This document shows, in pieces, positions 19,359 through 29,073 of a stretch of 64,000 bases of DNA. The notes under the pieces were generated by a model. That model saw only the letters and a list, made by a program, of their open reading frames with translations. It was not told where the DNA came from and did no database searches. This DNA comes from an uncultured Spirochaetota bacterium. Its GTDB lineage: Bacteria > Spirochaetota > Spirochaetia > SZUA-6 > Fen-1364. The stretch is taken from assembly GCA_963781885.1 (NCBI GenBank), contig CAWAHW010000002.1, forward strand, positions 416,001 through 480,000, given 5' to 3'. A program made the translations under genes and the position numbers. The stretch's first letter is position 1. The number at the start of each line of letters is the position of its first letter.

Positions 19359-22334
19359 TCAAGGCGCCGACGGCGCGCGGATGTATTGCGGTGCGCCCGC
19401 GGCCGGGTGCGCGAGACCGGCGCCCGCGAAGCTGTCGGTGGAGAATGCAACATAGGGTCGGATGTCCGTGGCCCAGTCGAACGGCGTCGCGAAGCGAGGA
19501 TCGAACCTGAGGCTTACGCCGGCCAGGACGGGCACATTGCTTTCCCCCAGGGACAGCACGAAGAGCACCTCGGCTCCCGTGTAGACATAGGGGTCGAAAA
19601 GCAGTGAACGTTGCGCGGGGCTCCAATCCGCGGCTGCCTCGACGTGCACGCCGGCTCCAATCGCCACGAGCCCGAGTGAGTAGACGAGCGGCGCATCCGT
19701 CAGCGCGATGGGAAACTGATAGTCGAGTGAAAGGAGCGTCCTGCCGGGCAGGGACTGGGTGACCGGATCGAAGTCCCCGCGTGGGTTGGTGACCTGGATG
19801 AACGCCTCTGAAAAAGTCGTGTAACTGGTTTTCATTCCTATCTTGATCACCTGGTGGGCAAAGGGCGAGGGAAATGCGACCGAGGCAAGGCCTTGCGCCA
19901 CGGCTCCCATTCCGGTGGCCGACAAACCCGCGGGATACAACACCGACGATCCGGAAACGACCAGCGCGTTCCGGGAGAAAAAGTCGGCGTCGCTTCCCGC
20001 GATGGATCGCGCATATGACAATCCCACGGCAAGACCAATGTCGTGAGCGATGCTGAGCGCGACGCCATCGGTCCCTATCGCGTGGAGACCGTTAAGAAAC
20101 GTGAAGGGCTGCGAGCCGCCGACAAGAACGGAATCCGTCACGCCGGTGCTTGCGATGAATTGCGTTGTGGTCCGGAACGCCACCTCGTTCACCAGCGGAA
20201 TCGAAAAGGCGAGCAGCTGTTGAAGCGTCTCCGTGGATTCTCCCGTGCCGGTTGTGGAGAACCCTTCCGCGAGCTGGTAAGAGACCTGGGTCCGCCCGAT
20301 GCTGGTCTCAAAGTCAAGCTGCGCCGCCGGCTGGAGCCAGTCGGTGCGGAAGCTGACAGAGCCGACTACCGAGCTCGATTCAAGGTTTGAAAGGGCGCCG
20401 AACAGAACGCCGGGGGCAAGGACGAGCCCATTCCCACCGACGCTGGAGAGGTAGATCGGAATTGGCGCCCAGTAAAGGAATCGAGGCAGGTCGAGATAAC
20501 CGCGCGCAGGCGGCATTGGGAGAAGCGCGGGGCGGGGAATGGACGGCCTTTCCTCTGCGGCGGGACTGGGCTCGGCGACCGCCTCTTTCTGGAACAGCGC
20601 GAATCCGGCGGATCGCCAGCTCGCATAGAGGATCTTCCCGTCGATTTCCTCGCCTGCCCAGGCGCCGACGGGATCGTCGCACAGGAGGGTTGGCTCTCCT
20701 TCCGCGCGGACCGCATAGAGGGCCAGATGAGAGCTCCCGTCCGAGGAAAAAGCAACCGTCTCGTTGTCGACAAACCAGGGGTAGTATTCTCGACCCGGTC
20801 CGCGCGAAAGAAGCGGCGTTGCCGCATCGACGTTCACATCTTCGATCGGCGAATCTGTCGCCGCCGTGCCGTCGGGCGGCAATGCAAGCAGCATGATGTC
20901 GTCTCGTCCTCCTGCCTGTACGACAAAAGCAATCCTCGTGCCGTCCGGTGAAAAGGCGGGTGTGCACAACGTGGCGTCGGCGCGGGCGTAAAGAACCGTC
21001 ACAGCGCCGGAATCCTGGTCCACCCTTACCAGCCGCGAATGATTGCCTTCCGCCTGCACCGCGATGAGCGTCGAGCCATCAGGAGAAAGACGGGGTTGCC
21101 ACAGGTGAGCGCCCTCGGTGATCCTTCGCACCGACCGTGTCATCGGGTCAAGCGAGAAAAGATCGGAGAGCAGCAACGGGCCGCTCTTCCCCGCCGTCTG
21201 CACGGTGGTGGCGAATACGATCTTCGATCCATCATGCGTCGCCGCGAGCGACGACGCGTCAGTGACCGGCGTGACAAGAAGGACACTTTCCTTGCCCGAC
21301 GAGGCGTCCCAGCGGACGATGGCTCCCGGCAGGCCTTGGGTGCGGCGGTAGAGATACCAGCCGGAAGTCGTCACGACGGGGAGAAAATAGTCGCCGTTCC
21401 CGGCAGGGCTCAGTTGGCGGCCCGGCGGTATCGCGGCGGATTGCCCGTACCGTTCCTCAAGGCCCTGGACCATTTGCGTGAAAAGCGCCTTTGCGTCCTG
21501 CCCCGTCACGCTGCGCACGGCGGCCCAGGGCCCGCGCAACGGAGAGGCAGCGAATGCCGCGTGGACCTTTTTCATCGCGTCCGGGCCGTATCGATCCAGG
21601 AGGAATTGCGCGAAGAGAAAGCCGCCAAGCCATACCCGATCGTAAGGGGGAAAGCTCGACCCGTAGGAGACCTTCCGCTGGGAAAAGAATGAATGCTCCA
21701 GCGCGAGGGCGCGGGGTTCCAGCTCGAAGAATGGGTTTCGGCCGCGTCCGCCATCGGTGAAAAGGGTCTCGGTCACCGTGGCGATCCCTTCCATCATGGC
21801 AGGTCCATATAGTAATCCGTCCGCTTCCCTGACGCCGGGACCGAAAAGACTCTCACCGACCCGCAGGATGCCTTTGTCGTCCTGGAAATTGAAGTAATGC
21901 GTGAGCTCATGGGCGAAGAGCAGGCGCAGATAGCTGGATGCCTCCAGGCCGATGAGCGGTTCCGACGGCGGGGCCAGATAGAGCACGATATGAGGCGGCG
22001 AGGCCGCCGTGTACCCATTGGCCTCATCGACTCGACCCCTGACGACGACCCAGATCTCCCGCGGCGCGGAGTCCATGAAGAGCGTCATGTCGGCATAGAC
22101 GTCTTCCGCGAACGACAACAGCTCGCGCACGGCCTCCTCGTCACGCTCCTCATAGACGAATACGAAATGGTCGGTCCGTACCTGGCTCCACCCGATGAAT
22201 CCGGGCTCTTGCCGATCGGGCCCTGCCCACACGGAAAAGCATGCAGAACAGAGCAGGCCAAATGTAAAGGAAAGGATGCATGCCCGGCCGCGAAACGCGC
22301 CACGAGCTTCCCGTCGCGCGTCAGAACGCTGCAT
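19359..22334 (-). CDS. Large exported protein: HExxH peptidase-like domain, TolB/PD40 beta-propeller, beta-rich C-terminus
   Basis: TDHFVFVY, AHELTH plus EGIAT, WQPRLSPDG and TPAFSPDG repeats, alternating beta-strands at C-terminus. Confidence 0.75.
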   Translation of the reverse strand: MQRSDARREARGAFRGRACILSFTFGLLCSACFSVWAGPDRQEPGFIGWSQVRTDHFVFVYEERDEEAVRELLSFAEDVYADMTLFMDSAPREIWVVVRGRVDEANGYTAASPPHIVLYLAPPSEPLIGLEASSYLRLLFAHELTHYFNFQDDKGILRVGESLFGPGVREADGLLYGPAMMEGIATVTETLFTDGGRGRNPFFELEPRALALEHSFFSQRKVSYGSSFPPYDRVWLGGFLFAQFLLDRYGPDAMKKVHAAFAASPLRGPWAAVRSVTGQDAKALFTQMVQGLEERYGQSAAIPPGRQLSPAGNGDYFLPVVTTSGWYLYRRTQGLPGAIVRWDASSGKESVLLVTPVTDASSLAATHDGSKIVFATTVQTAGKSGPLLLSDLFSLDPMTRSVRRITEGAHLWQPRLSPDGSTLIAVQAEGNHSRLVRVDQDSGAVTVLYARADATLCTPAFSPDGTRIAFVVQAGGRDDIMLLALPPDGTAATDSPIEDVNVDAATPLLSRGPGREYYPWFVDNETVAFSSDGSSHLALYAVRAEGEPTLLCDDPVGAWAGEEIDGKILYASWRSAGFALFQKEAVAEPSPAAEERPSIPRPALLPMPPARGYLDLPRFLYWAPIPIYLSSVGGNGLVLAPGVLFGALSNLESSSVVGSVSFRTDWLQPAAQLDFETSIGRTQVSYQLAEGFSTTGTGESTETLQQLLAFSIPLVNEVAFRTTTQFIASTGVTDSVLVGGSQPFTFLNGLHAIGTDGVALSIAHDIGLAVGLSYARSIAGSDADFFSRNALVVSGSSVLYPAGLSATGMGAVAQGLASVAFPSPFAHQVIKIGMKTSYTTFSEAFIQVTNPRGDFDPVTQSLPGRTLLSLDYQFPIALTDAPLVYSLGLVAIGAGVHVEAAADWSPAQRSLLFDPYVYTGAEVLFVLSLGESNVPVLAGVSLRFDPRFATPFDWATDIRPYVAFSTDSFAGAGLAHPAAGAPQYIRAPSAP

Positions 22335-23094
22335 AAACAAAAGCGAAATCGGGACTTTCCATGTGCTGGAGCGTGTCCACGGTGAGAAGGGGCACCGTGG
22401 ATCGACTGGTGGCATTCGGCCCTCTGAAGTCGATCGTGCCCAAAGTGCCTTTGACAAGGACCCAATCGTCGCGGGCGGGGAGCGTTCCTTCGGGCAGCCG
22501 GGTGATGAATCCAATGGTGCTCGCATCAGCCGCACAGCACCACATGAGCTCCCGCGCCGTGACGAAATCCCCTGCCGCCAGGCCCGGCGCATCGCGGTCG
22601 GTAAAACCGCTTACTGTTATCCTTCGACCCGCGTACTTTTGCGGGTCGTCGTAAATTGCATTATAGACGGCGTAATAATTGTCCTCGTCCAGCACGATGT
22701 CGCCCGTTGCCGGTATCCGAGCCGTCGCGCCAGCAGCGGGCGCCGCCGGGCGGGCAGCCGTTGATCCGCGCGAAAGGGAGAGCTGGCCGGTTGCCGCAAG
22801 GGTCGTGCTGGACGAGGTCAGGAAGAAAGGAACGGCAGCAAAAGGGAGCAGAAACAGGGCGACCGCCGGGCGCCCGCTCCGCACTTCGTCTCCGCGAAGC
22901 GCGCGCGCCAACTGGAAGCCAGCCAGGAAAAGCAGAAGGACAAATCCAATGATGACAAAGACCGTCATGCGGGGGTGCATGAGCTCGCGCAGGCGGCCGG
23001 AGAGAAGCAGGTACCCGAAGAGGCCGCCATACAAGACCAGAAGGAGCCCCCACAGAAGCTCCTGGCCCGAGATGCGTTGTCGTTCTTTGCGCAT
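22321..23094 (-). CDS. TIGR03943/DUF1980 family putative permease subunit
   Basis: HPR after TM1, YAGRRITVSGF, MWCCAADA, DDWVLVKG. Confidence 0.85.
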   Translation of the reverse strand: MRKERQRISGQELLWGLLLVLYGGLFGYLLLSGRLRELMHPRMTVFVIIGFVLLLFLAGFQLARALRGDEVRSGRPAVALFLLPFAAVPFFLTSSSTTLAATGQLSLSRGSTAARPAAPAAGATARIPATGDIVLDEDNYYAVYNAIYDDPQKYAGRRITVSGFTDRDAPGLAAGDFVTARELMWCCAADASTIGFITRLPEGTLPARDDWVLVKGTLGTIDFRGPNATSRSTVPLLTVDTLQHMESPDFAFVYAAF

Positions 23095-23107
23095 GTCCCT
23101 TTTTCCC

Positions 23108-24121
23108 TCACAGCGCCTTTGGAACAATAATCGCGCCGACAACAAATGTACACTCTGCAATCAAGCCGATGAGCAGCAGAATCAACCGCTTCTTGAAGGT
23201 GGAGGTCAACATGAGAGTGTTCTTCATGTCGATCATCGGGCCAAAAACAAGGAAAGCGACGATGGCACCGGGCGTGAACTGCGAAAGAAATCCCTGCGCG
23301 ATGAAGGCGTCCGCCTGAGAACAGACGGACAGGAAGTACGCGGCGGCGATCATCACGATGACCGATAGAAAACGGGTTTGCCCGATAGCCGCCAATGACG
23401 CGACTGGAACCACGATCTGCACGAAGGTGGAAAGAAGCACGCCGGCCAGGAAGTACCTGCCGATGACGAAGAAGTCCTCCGCCGCGTGTTCCGCAAGCGC
23501 CCGAATGGATAAGAAGGCGGAGGGTGTGGGACTGGCAGGCCCGTCTGCGCGGGGCGCAGCGACCAGGATGTCGGGTGTGACCCAATATCTGCCATCGAGG
23601 ATGGAGACGGCGAGCCCGATCACGACCGAAATGAGCAGACCGAACCCGATGCGATACACGATGAACAGCGGATGCTGATAGAAAGCGAACCAGGTGGAGA
23701 AAATCACAAGCGGATTTGCCATGGGAACGGCAAGCATGAACGTGACTGCCACGTGCAGGGGAACGCCCTTGGCGAGCAGACGACGGACAATCGGCACGGT
23801 CGCGCAATCGCAGACGGGAAGCGCGATACCCGCGACGCACGCCAGAAGCACGCCAAGAAGCCTGTTGCGGGGCACCAGCCGGGCCAGGGCATCCTCGGAG
23901 ACGTAGAGGTGGATCAACGCCGACAGGACGCTCCCCACCAGGAGGAACGGCAATGCCTCGACAGTAAGGCTCAAGGCGATGGTGGAGAATCTCTGGACCG
24001 AGGAAAGGTCGTGGCCCAGAAGAACGTCCTTGACGAAGAGGAGAAGTATCCCGCCGAAGGCTAGGGGGAAGAGCGTCAGCAGCCGAATGTCAAGTGTTCT
24101 CGGGCGTGGCAGGGATTTCAT
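23108..24121 (-). CDS. DUF318 (ArsP/YcgR-like) metal permease
   Basis: EALPFL, PVCDCATVP, PMANP, LSVCSQADAF, FLVFGPMIDMKN. Confidence 0.88.
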   Translation of the reverse strand: MKSLPRPRTLDIRLLTLFPLAFGGILLLFVKDVLLGHDLSSVQRFSTIALSLTVEALPFLLVGSVLSALIHLYVSEDALARLVPRNRLLGVLLACVAGIALPVCDCATVPIVRRLLAKGVPLHVAVTFMLAVPMANPLVIFSTWFAFYQHPLFIVYRIGFGLLISVVIGLAVSILDGRYWVTPDILVAAPRADGPASPTPSAFLSIRALAEHAAEDFFVIGRYFLAGVLLSTFVQIVVPVASLAAIGQTRFLSVIVMIAAAYFLSVCSQADAFIAQGFLSQFTPGAIVAFLVFGPMIDMKNTLMLTSTFKKRLILLLIGLIAECTFVVGAIIVPKAL

Positions 24122-24175
24122 GCGCGCTACGTGTCAAAAGTATCGTGAAACAGATTGCGCGTCTACTTCACTTAA

Positions 24176-24255
24176 AGATACAATGTCTCATTGACGATCC
24201 GCTCCGCTTTGACTACTATTCTTTACAGATATCCCGTCTCATTTGCATTGAGACG
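24176..24255. promoter_or_regulatory. Divergent promoter region with repeated GTCTCA/TGAGAC half-sites (candidate Zur/Fur operators)
   Basis: AGATAnnnnGTCTCA at 24176-24190 and 24227-24241; CGTCTCA-N7-TGAGACG inverted repeat at 24235-24255. Confidence 0.5.
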
Positions 24256-24285
24256 AAGAATCGGTTATCTTTCAGGAGGGTAGCG

Positions 24286-25183
24286 ATGAATCATCGCATG
24301 TCGAACCATTCATGGCGCGGGGCGTTTTTCGCCGCGCTGTTTGCGTGTCTCATCCCGATCGCGTCGGCGGGCGCCGCCCCCATTGGGATCAACGTTGTCG
24401 CCGCTGAGAACTTTTACGGGAACATCGTGACGCAGCTGGGAGGCGTGAAGGTGAACGTCACGAGCATTCTCTCGGACCCCAACGTGGACCCGCACGAATA
24501 CGAGTCTAGCGTGGATGATGCGAGGGCCATTGCCGTGGCGGATCTCGTCATTGAAAACAGCGGGGGATACGACGATTGGATGGACAAGCTCCTATCGGCG
24601 TCCCCCAATGCGAAACGCGTCCTCCTCAAGGGATTTGATATCGCCCCGACGAAGCTGCCCGACAATGAGCATGTGTGGTACAACGTGGACAATGCCCAGG
24701 CGATCGCCCAAGCGGTGACCGACAGTCTGAGCAAGCTAGACCCCAGCGACAAAGCCGTCTTTGCCGGCAACCTCAAGACCTTTGGTGACTCCCTCTCGCG
24801 CGTGCGGCAGAGAATCACGCAGATCAAGCAGAAACGTCAGGGAACGCCCGTCGGCCTCACGGAAACGATCTTTCTCTACCAGGCGGTTCCGCTCGGACTG
24901 TCGGTCCTCACGCCGTTCGAGTTCCAGAAAGCCATTGCGGAGGGCAACGATCCTCCCGCCGATACCGTGGTGACCGCGGAGAACCAGGTGAAAGGCAAAC
25001 AGATCAAGGCCTTGATCTACAACGAGCAGACGATATCGCCTGTTACGACCAAGCTCCAGGACGAAGCAAAGGCGGCGGGCATACCGGTCGGTGCCGGTAA
25101 CCGAAACCATGCCGTCGGCCTTGAACTACCAGGACTGGATGCTGAGCCAGCTCACGGCGCTCGATCAGGCGCTGGGGAAATAG
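24286..25183 (+). CDS. znuA: Zn/Mn ABC transporter substrate-binding protein; frameshift near 25090
   Basis: DPHEYE, NEHVWY; removing one G restores VPVTETMP...YQDWM...ALGK and a stop at 25181-25183. Confidence 0.85.
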
Positions 25184-25188
25184 GACGC

Positions 25189-25977
25189 ATGGGAAACGAG
25201 GCGCAGCCCGCTCTTTCAACCGTTGTCTCCCTTGAAGGAGTGCGGCTGAAACTTGGGGGCAAAACCATTCAGGACAACATGAGCTTCACGATCGGGGACG
25301 GCGAGTTCATCGCCGTCCTCGGTCCCAATGGCGCGGGCAAGAGCACCCTGCTGAAGGTCTTGCTCGGTCTCATCCGCCCGGAAACGGGCCAGGTGAGCGT
25401 GCTGGGGGGAGTGCCGGGAAAAGGAAATGCGCGCATCGGCTACGTGCCTCAGTTCCGGGCGATCGAATCAGACATGACACTTCGCGGCCGCGAAGTGGTC
25501 CGCTTCGGGCTGGACGGCCACCTGTGGGGCCCGGGATGGCCGAGCCGCGCCCGACGCGCGCGCATCGACCACGTGCTGCAGGAGGTGGACGCCGTTGAGC
25601 TGGCCGATCAGCCCATCGGACGTCTTTCGGGTGGGGAGCGGCAGAGGCTTCTCATCGCCCAAGCCCTCCTGACCGATCCGCGCCTGCTGCTTCTGGACGA
25701 GCCGCTCGCGAGTCTGGACATTTCGTGGGAGCAGGAAATTATTGCCCTGGTCAGGCGGATCTGCCGCTCACGGGGTGTCGCGGTGATGTTCGTCACGCAC
25801 GACATCAACCCCCTGCTCCCCTCCGTGGATCGTGTGCTGTATCTGGCGGGCGGCCATAGCGCAATCGGGACGCCGCAGGAGGTGATCACCCGGGAATGCC
25901 TCAGCGCGCTGTATGGGTCCCCCGTGGAGGTGGTGCAGGCGCTCGGCCGGATCTTCGTCGTCGGAGCGGAGATCTGA
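25189..25977 (+). CDS. znuC: Metal ABC transporter ATP-binding protein
   Basis: GPNGAGKST, LSGGERQR, LLLDEP, VTHD. Confidence 0.9.
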   Translation: MGNEAQPALSTVVSLEGVRLKLGGKTIQDNMSFTIGDGEFIAVLGPNGAGKSTLLKVLLGLIRPETGQVSVLGGVPGKGNARIGYVPQFRAIESDMTLRGREVVRFGLDGHLWGPGWPSRARRARIDHVLQEVDAVELADQPIGRLSGGERQRLLIAQALLTDPRLLLLDEPLASLDISWEQEIIALVRRICRSRGVAVMFVTHDINPLLPSVDRVLYLAGGHSAIGTPQEVITRECLSALYGSPVEVVQALGRIFVVGAEI

Positions 25978-25978
25978 G

Positions 25979-26791
25979 ATGCTGGATGTCCTTCGGCTTC
26001 CTTTTATCGTCCATGCCGTCCTCACCGCATCATTCGCAGCGGTGGTCGCCGCGGTGAGCGGCTACTTCCTGGTTTCCCGCGGATTGACATTCGCCGGCCA
26101 CGCCCTGCCCAATATCGGCTTTGCCGGCGCCGCGGGCGCCGTGCTTCTTGGCATCGAGCCCGTCTATGGACTTTTCGCATTCACCATCGCCTCCGGGGTG
26201 GCGGTGGGCTTCATTGGGAAGGACATCCGCGAGCGAGATGTCTCCATTGGCGTCGTCATGACCTTCGCCCTCGGTCTGGGGCTTCTTTTCCTGGCGCTCT
26301 ATTCCGGCTATGCCGCGCGCGTGTATGGCATCCTCTTCGGGAACATCCTGGGAATAAGCTCCTCGGCGGTCGTGGTAACCGGCATTGCCAGCGGGGCCAT
26401 CCTTGTGGTGCTGGCATTTCTGTATCGGCCGCTTTTGTTCAGCACCTTCGATCCTCCCGCCGCCGAGGCCCGGGGGGTGCCCGTGAAGCTCCTCTCGGTC
26501 CTCTTCATGGCCGTCATTGCCGTGACGGTTTCCCTGTCCATCCAGGTGATGGGCGCCCTGCTCGTGTTCACTCTGCTCGTCGGGCCCGCTGCCGCCGCCA
26601 CGCGCCTGGTAAAGGGCCCGGTCGCGGCGATCCTCGTCTCGATCGGACTGGGGCTTGCCTATGTATGGCTCGGCATCCTGCTCGCCGCCGCAAGCGGTCG
26701 TTTGCCGGTGAGTTTTTTCATTGCCACGCTGTCCTTCCTGGTCTATCTCCCCGTCAGGCTGCTGTCGCCGATGGGTCGAGAGGCGGCGTAA
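25979..26791 (+). CDS. znuB: Metal ABC transporter permease (ABC-3)
   Basis: TFAGHAL, LFGNILG, YRPLLFSTFDP..A.ARG. Confidence 0.88.
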   Translation: MLDVLRLPFIVHAVLTASFAAVVAAVSGYFLVSRGLTFAGHALPNIGFAGAAGAVLLGIEPVYGLFAFTIASGVAVGFIGKDIRERDVSIGVVMTFALGLGLLFLALYSGYAARVYGILFGNILGISSSAVVVTGIASGAILVVLAFLYRPLLFSTFDPPAAEARGVPVKLLSVLFMAVIAVTVSLSIQVMGALLVFTLLVGPAAAATRLVKGPVAAILVSIGLGLAYVWLGILLAAASGRLPVSFFIATLSFLVYLPVRLLSPMGREAA

Positions 26792-27672
26792 TGCTCGACC
26801 TTCTGTCGTCGGACATTTTTCGAAACGCGCTCGTGGGAGGCACCGCTGCCGCGGCAATGGCCGGCGTTGTCGGCTATTTCCTCATCCTGCGCGTCCAGGC
26901 ATTCGCGGCGGAGGCCTTCATGGATATCTGTTTCGCCGGGGCAACCGGCGCGTCCCTGCTCGGCCAGTCTCCGCTGGTCGGGATGATCGCTTTCTCCCTG
27001 CTTTCGGCCCTGGGACTTGGCGCGCTCGGCGATCGCGCGCGGGGACGACACGTGGAGATCGGGATGGTGCTCAGCGTCGCCCTGGGTCTTGGCGTGCTGT
27101 TCCTCAGCCTCTACACGCGCAGCAGCGCGTCCCACTCGAATGCGGGGGTCTCGATCCTGTTCGGCTCCATCCTCAGCGTGCAACCCGCGGACCTCGTCCG
27201 CATGCTCGCCTGCGGCGCGGTGGCGCTCGTGGTCCTGGCGGCGATCTACAGGCCGCTGCTCTTTGCGTCGATCGACCCGGCGTCTGCTCGCGCACGCGGG
27301 GTCCCCGTTCGCGCACTGTCGGTTGTCTTCCTCATCGTGCTCGCGCTCGCGGCCGCGGCGTGCACATTTGTCGTGGGTGTGCTGCTTGCCTCCGCGCTAT
27401 TGATCGCTCCCGCCGCGGCGGCGATCGCGGTGACCGACCGGCCGCCGCGCGCGATCCTGCTCTCGCTCGGGCTCGGCATTCTCATCATGTGGGTCGGCCT
27501 GCTCGCGTCATTCATGGGCCCCTGGCGACACCCGCCGATCGGCTTTTCCATCTCCGCGCTCGCGGCCCTTGCGTACGCGGTGGCGACGATCGTGGGGCGG
27601 CGCGGGCGCGCGCGGCGGGTCCCGCCGGTCGACCTGGACCGGGAGGTGCGCAGCAACGGGAGTATCAGATGA
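26791..27672 (+). CDS. Second metal ABC transporter permease (ABC-3)
   Basis: LFGSILSV, YRPLLFASIDP..ARARG; TAATG coupling. Confidence 0.85.
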   Translation: MLDLLSSDIFRNALVGGTAAAAMAGVVGYFLILRVQAFAAEAFMDICFAGATGASLLGQSPLVGMIAFSLLSALGLGALGDRARGRHVEIGMVLSVALGLGVLFLSLYTRSSASHSNAGVSILFGSILSVQPADLVRMLACGAVALVVLAAIYRPLLFASIDPASARARGVPVRALSVVFLIVLALAAAACTFVVGVLLASALLIAPAAAAIAVTDRPPRAILLSLGLGILIMWVGLLASFMGPWRHPPIGFSISALAALAYAVATIVGRRGRARRVPPVDLDREVRSNGSIR

Positions 27673-27749
27673 GGACTTCTCCCGGGCCGAAAGCGCTGGG
27701 CAAATCAGCAAAAGTGGGTTATGATTCGGTTCTTCGTGGATATCGTCAG

Positions 27750-28187
27750 ATGGACGTCGAAAAAAGGATCACAACTGCATTCGAGGAGTTCAGCGAACGC
27801 AGCACGCAGCCGCGCCAGGAGATCGCGCGGATCCTGATTCGACTTGGCAGGTCGGGCGCCGTCTTCTCCGCGGAGGATCTCATCAAGAGGCTGCACAAGT
27901 CGCATCCCCACATCGGGCGCGCGACTGTCTATCGATCCATGGAAAAGCTCGTGCGGATGAAGGTGCTGGATCGTATCGATTTTGTCGATGGCACGCATTT
28001 CTTTCGTCTCTGTGGAAGCGACACTCATCATCACCATCTTGCATGCACGAAATGCCATCGCGTCGTCGAGCTGAACTTCTGCATGGACGACGAGCAGATT
28101 GCCGCGATTGCGCGGCAGCAGGGCTTTTCCATCCAGGACCACGCAATCACGCTTTTCGGGTTGTGCAAGGATTGCCGCGGCGGGTGA
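27750..28187 (+). CDS. Fur family transcriptional regulator (Zur-like)
   Basis: SAEDL, IGRATVYR, HHHHLACTKC, GLCKDC; start could alternatively be 27669. Confidence 0.88.
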   Translation: MDVEKRITTAFEEFSERSTQPRQEIARILIRLGRSGAVFSAEDLIKRLHKSHPHIGRATVYRSMEKLVRMKVLDRIDFVDGTHFFRLCGSDTHHHHLACTKCHRVVELNFCMDDEQIAAIARQQGFSIQDHAITLFGLCKDCRGG

Positions 28188-28338
28188 GATCCCGGGCGAA
28201 GTTCAGGGAATCCACGCCCCCTCGGTGCGCGCGCCTCTGAGCATCTCAAATACGGCCGCAATCCTTCCCCTATCTTCCACGGGAAGACACCGATTCGCCG
28301 TCGGCCGACCTGTCCCCATCCGATGAGTGCGATTCCAC

Positions 28339-28381
28339 TTGACGGGCGCCAAGGTGGTGAGTAATTTAGTCTTGCCTAAAT
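28339..28381 (+). promoter_or_regulatory. Promoter with DtxR/MntR-type operator
   Basis: TTGACG at 28339-28344; palindrome ATTTAG-TCTTGC-CTAAAT at 28364-28381 over the -10 region. Confidence 0.75.
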
Positions 28382-28401
28382 AATAGATTGGGGGCTTTAA
28401 A

Positions 28402-29073
28402 GTGCCAAGCGAAGCTGAAGAAAATTATCTGAAAGAGACCTATACCCTTCAGTTGGAGCACGATCAGGTCACCACCTCCATGCTTGCCGATCGCACCGGC
28501 CACGCAGCTCCAAGCGTGACCGGCATGATCAAGAAGCTCGCCGGTCGAAAACTGGTGAGCTACGAACCGTATCAGGGAGTCACTCTGACCAAGTTGGGGA
28601 GGGCTGCCGCCCTGGAGGTGATTCGACACCATCGGCTCCTTGAAACGTTTCTTACTCGAACCCTTGGCGTCCCATGGGACAGGGTTCACGAGGAAGCCGA
28701 GAAGCTGGAGCACGTGCTCTCGGAATACCTGGAAGGCCTCATCGATGAGTACCTAGGCCATCCCGCAATTGATCCTCATGGTTCTCCCATACCGGCCCTC
28801 GACGGTTCGATCAAAGAGCCCGACAGATTGCGTTTGTCCGATCTGCCTGCGGGAACCTCAGCGCAAGTTGTCGAGGTGAACGACCGGGAGCCTGCTTTGC
28901 TTGCGCGCCTCGATGAAATGCAACTTGGCGTGAATGCCAAATTCCAGGTTCTTGAGGTCGAACCTATTGATGGCCTCATCACCGTACTGGTGGAGGGCCG
29001 GAAACATGTGCTAGGGCAGACCACGGCCAGCCAAGTCATCGTGCGAAAGCTCAAGGGAGAACGAGATGTCTGA
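28402..29073 (+). CDS. mntR: DtxR/MntR family metal-dependent repressor with C-terminal FeoA domain
   Basis: ENYLK, PSVTGM, RHHRLLETFL, HEEAEKLEH, DPHGSPIP. Confidence 0.92.
   Translation: MPSEAEENYLKETYTLQLEHDQVTTSMLADRTGHAAPSVTGMIKKLAGRKLVSYEPYQGVTLTKLGRAAALEVIRHHRLLETFLTRTLGVPWDRVHEEAEKLEHVLSEYLEGLIDEYLGHPAIDPHGSPIPALDGSIKEPDRLRLSDLPAGTSAQVVEVNDREPALLARLDEMQLGVNAKFQVLEVEPIDGLITVLVEGRKHVLGQTTASQVIVRKLKGERDV

Noticed and set aside
24094-25977. 627-aa ZnuA-ZnuC fusion in the ORF track
   Set aside because: Artefact of one extra G near 25090; the natural ZnuA C-terminus and stop are present in the shifted frame, and an exported SBP fused to a cytoplasmic ATPase is topologically implausible
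26721-27749. Long N-terminal extension on the Fur protein (488-aa ORF); likewise the 733-aa ORF at 9970
   Set aside because: Off-frame read-through across the upstream genes; Arg/Ala-rich shadow translation typical of high GC
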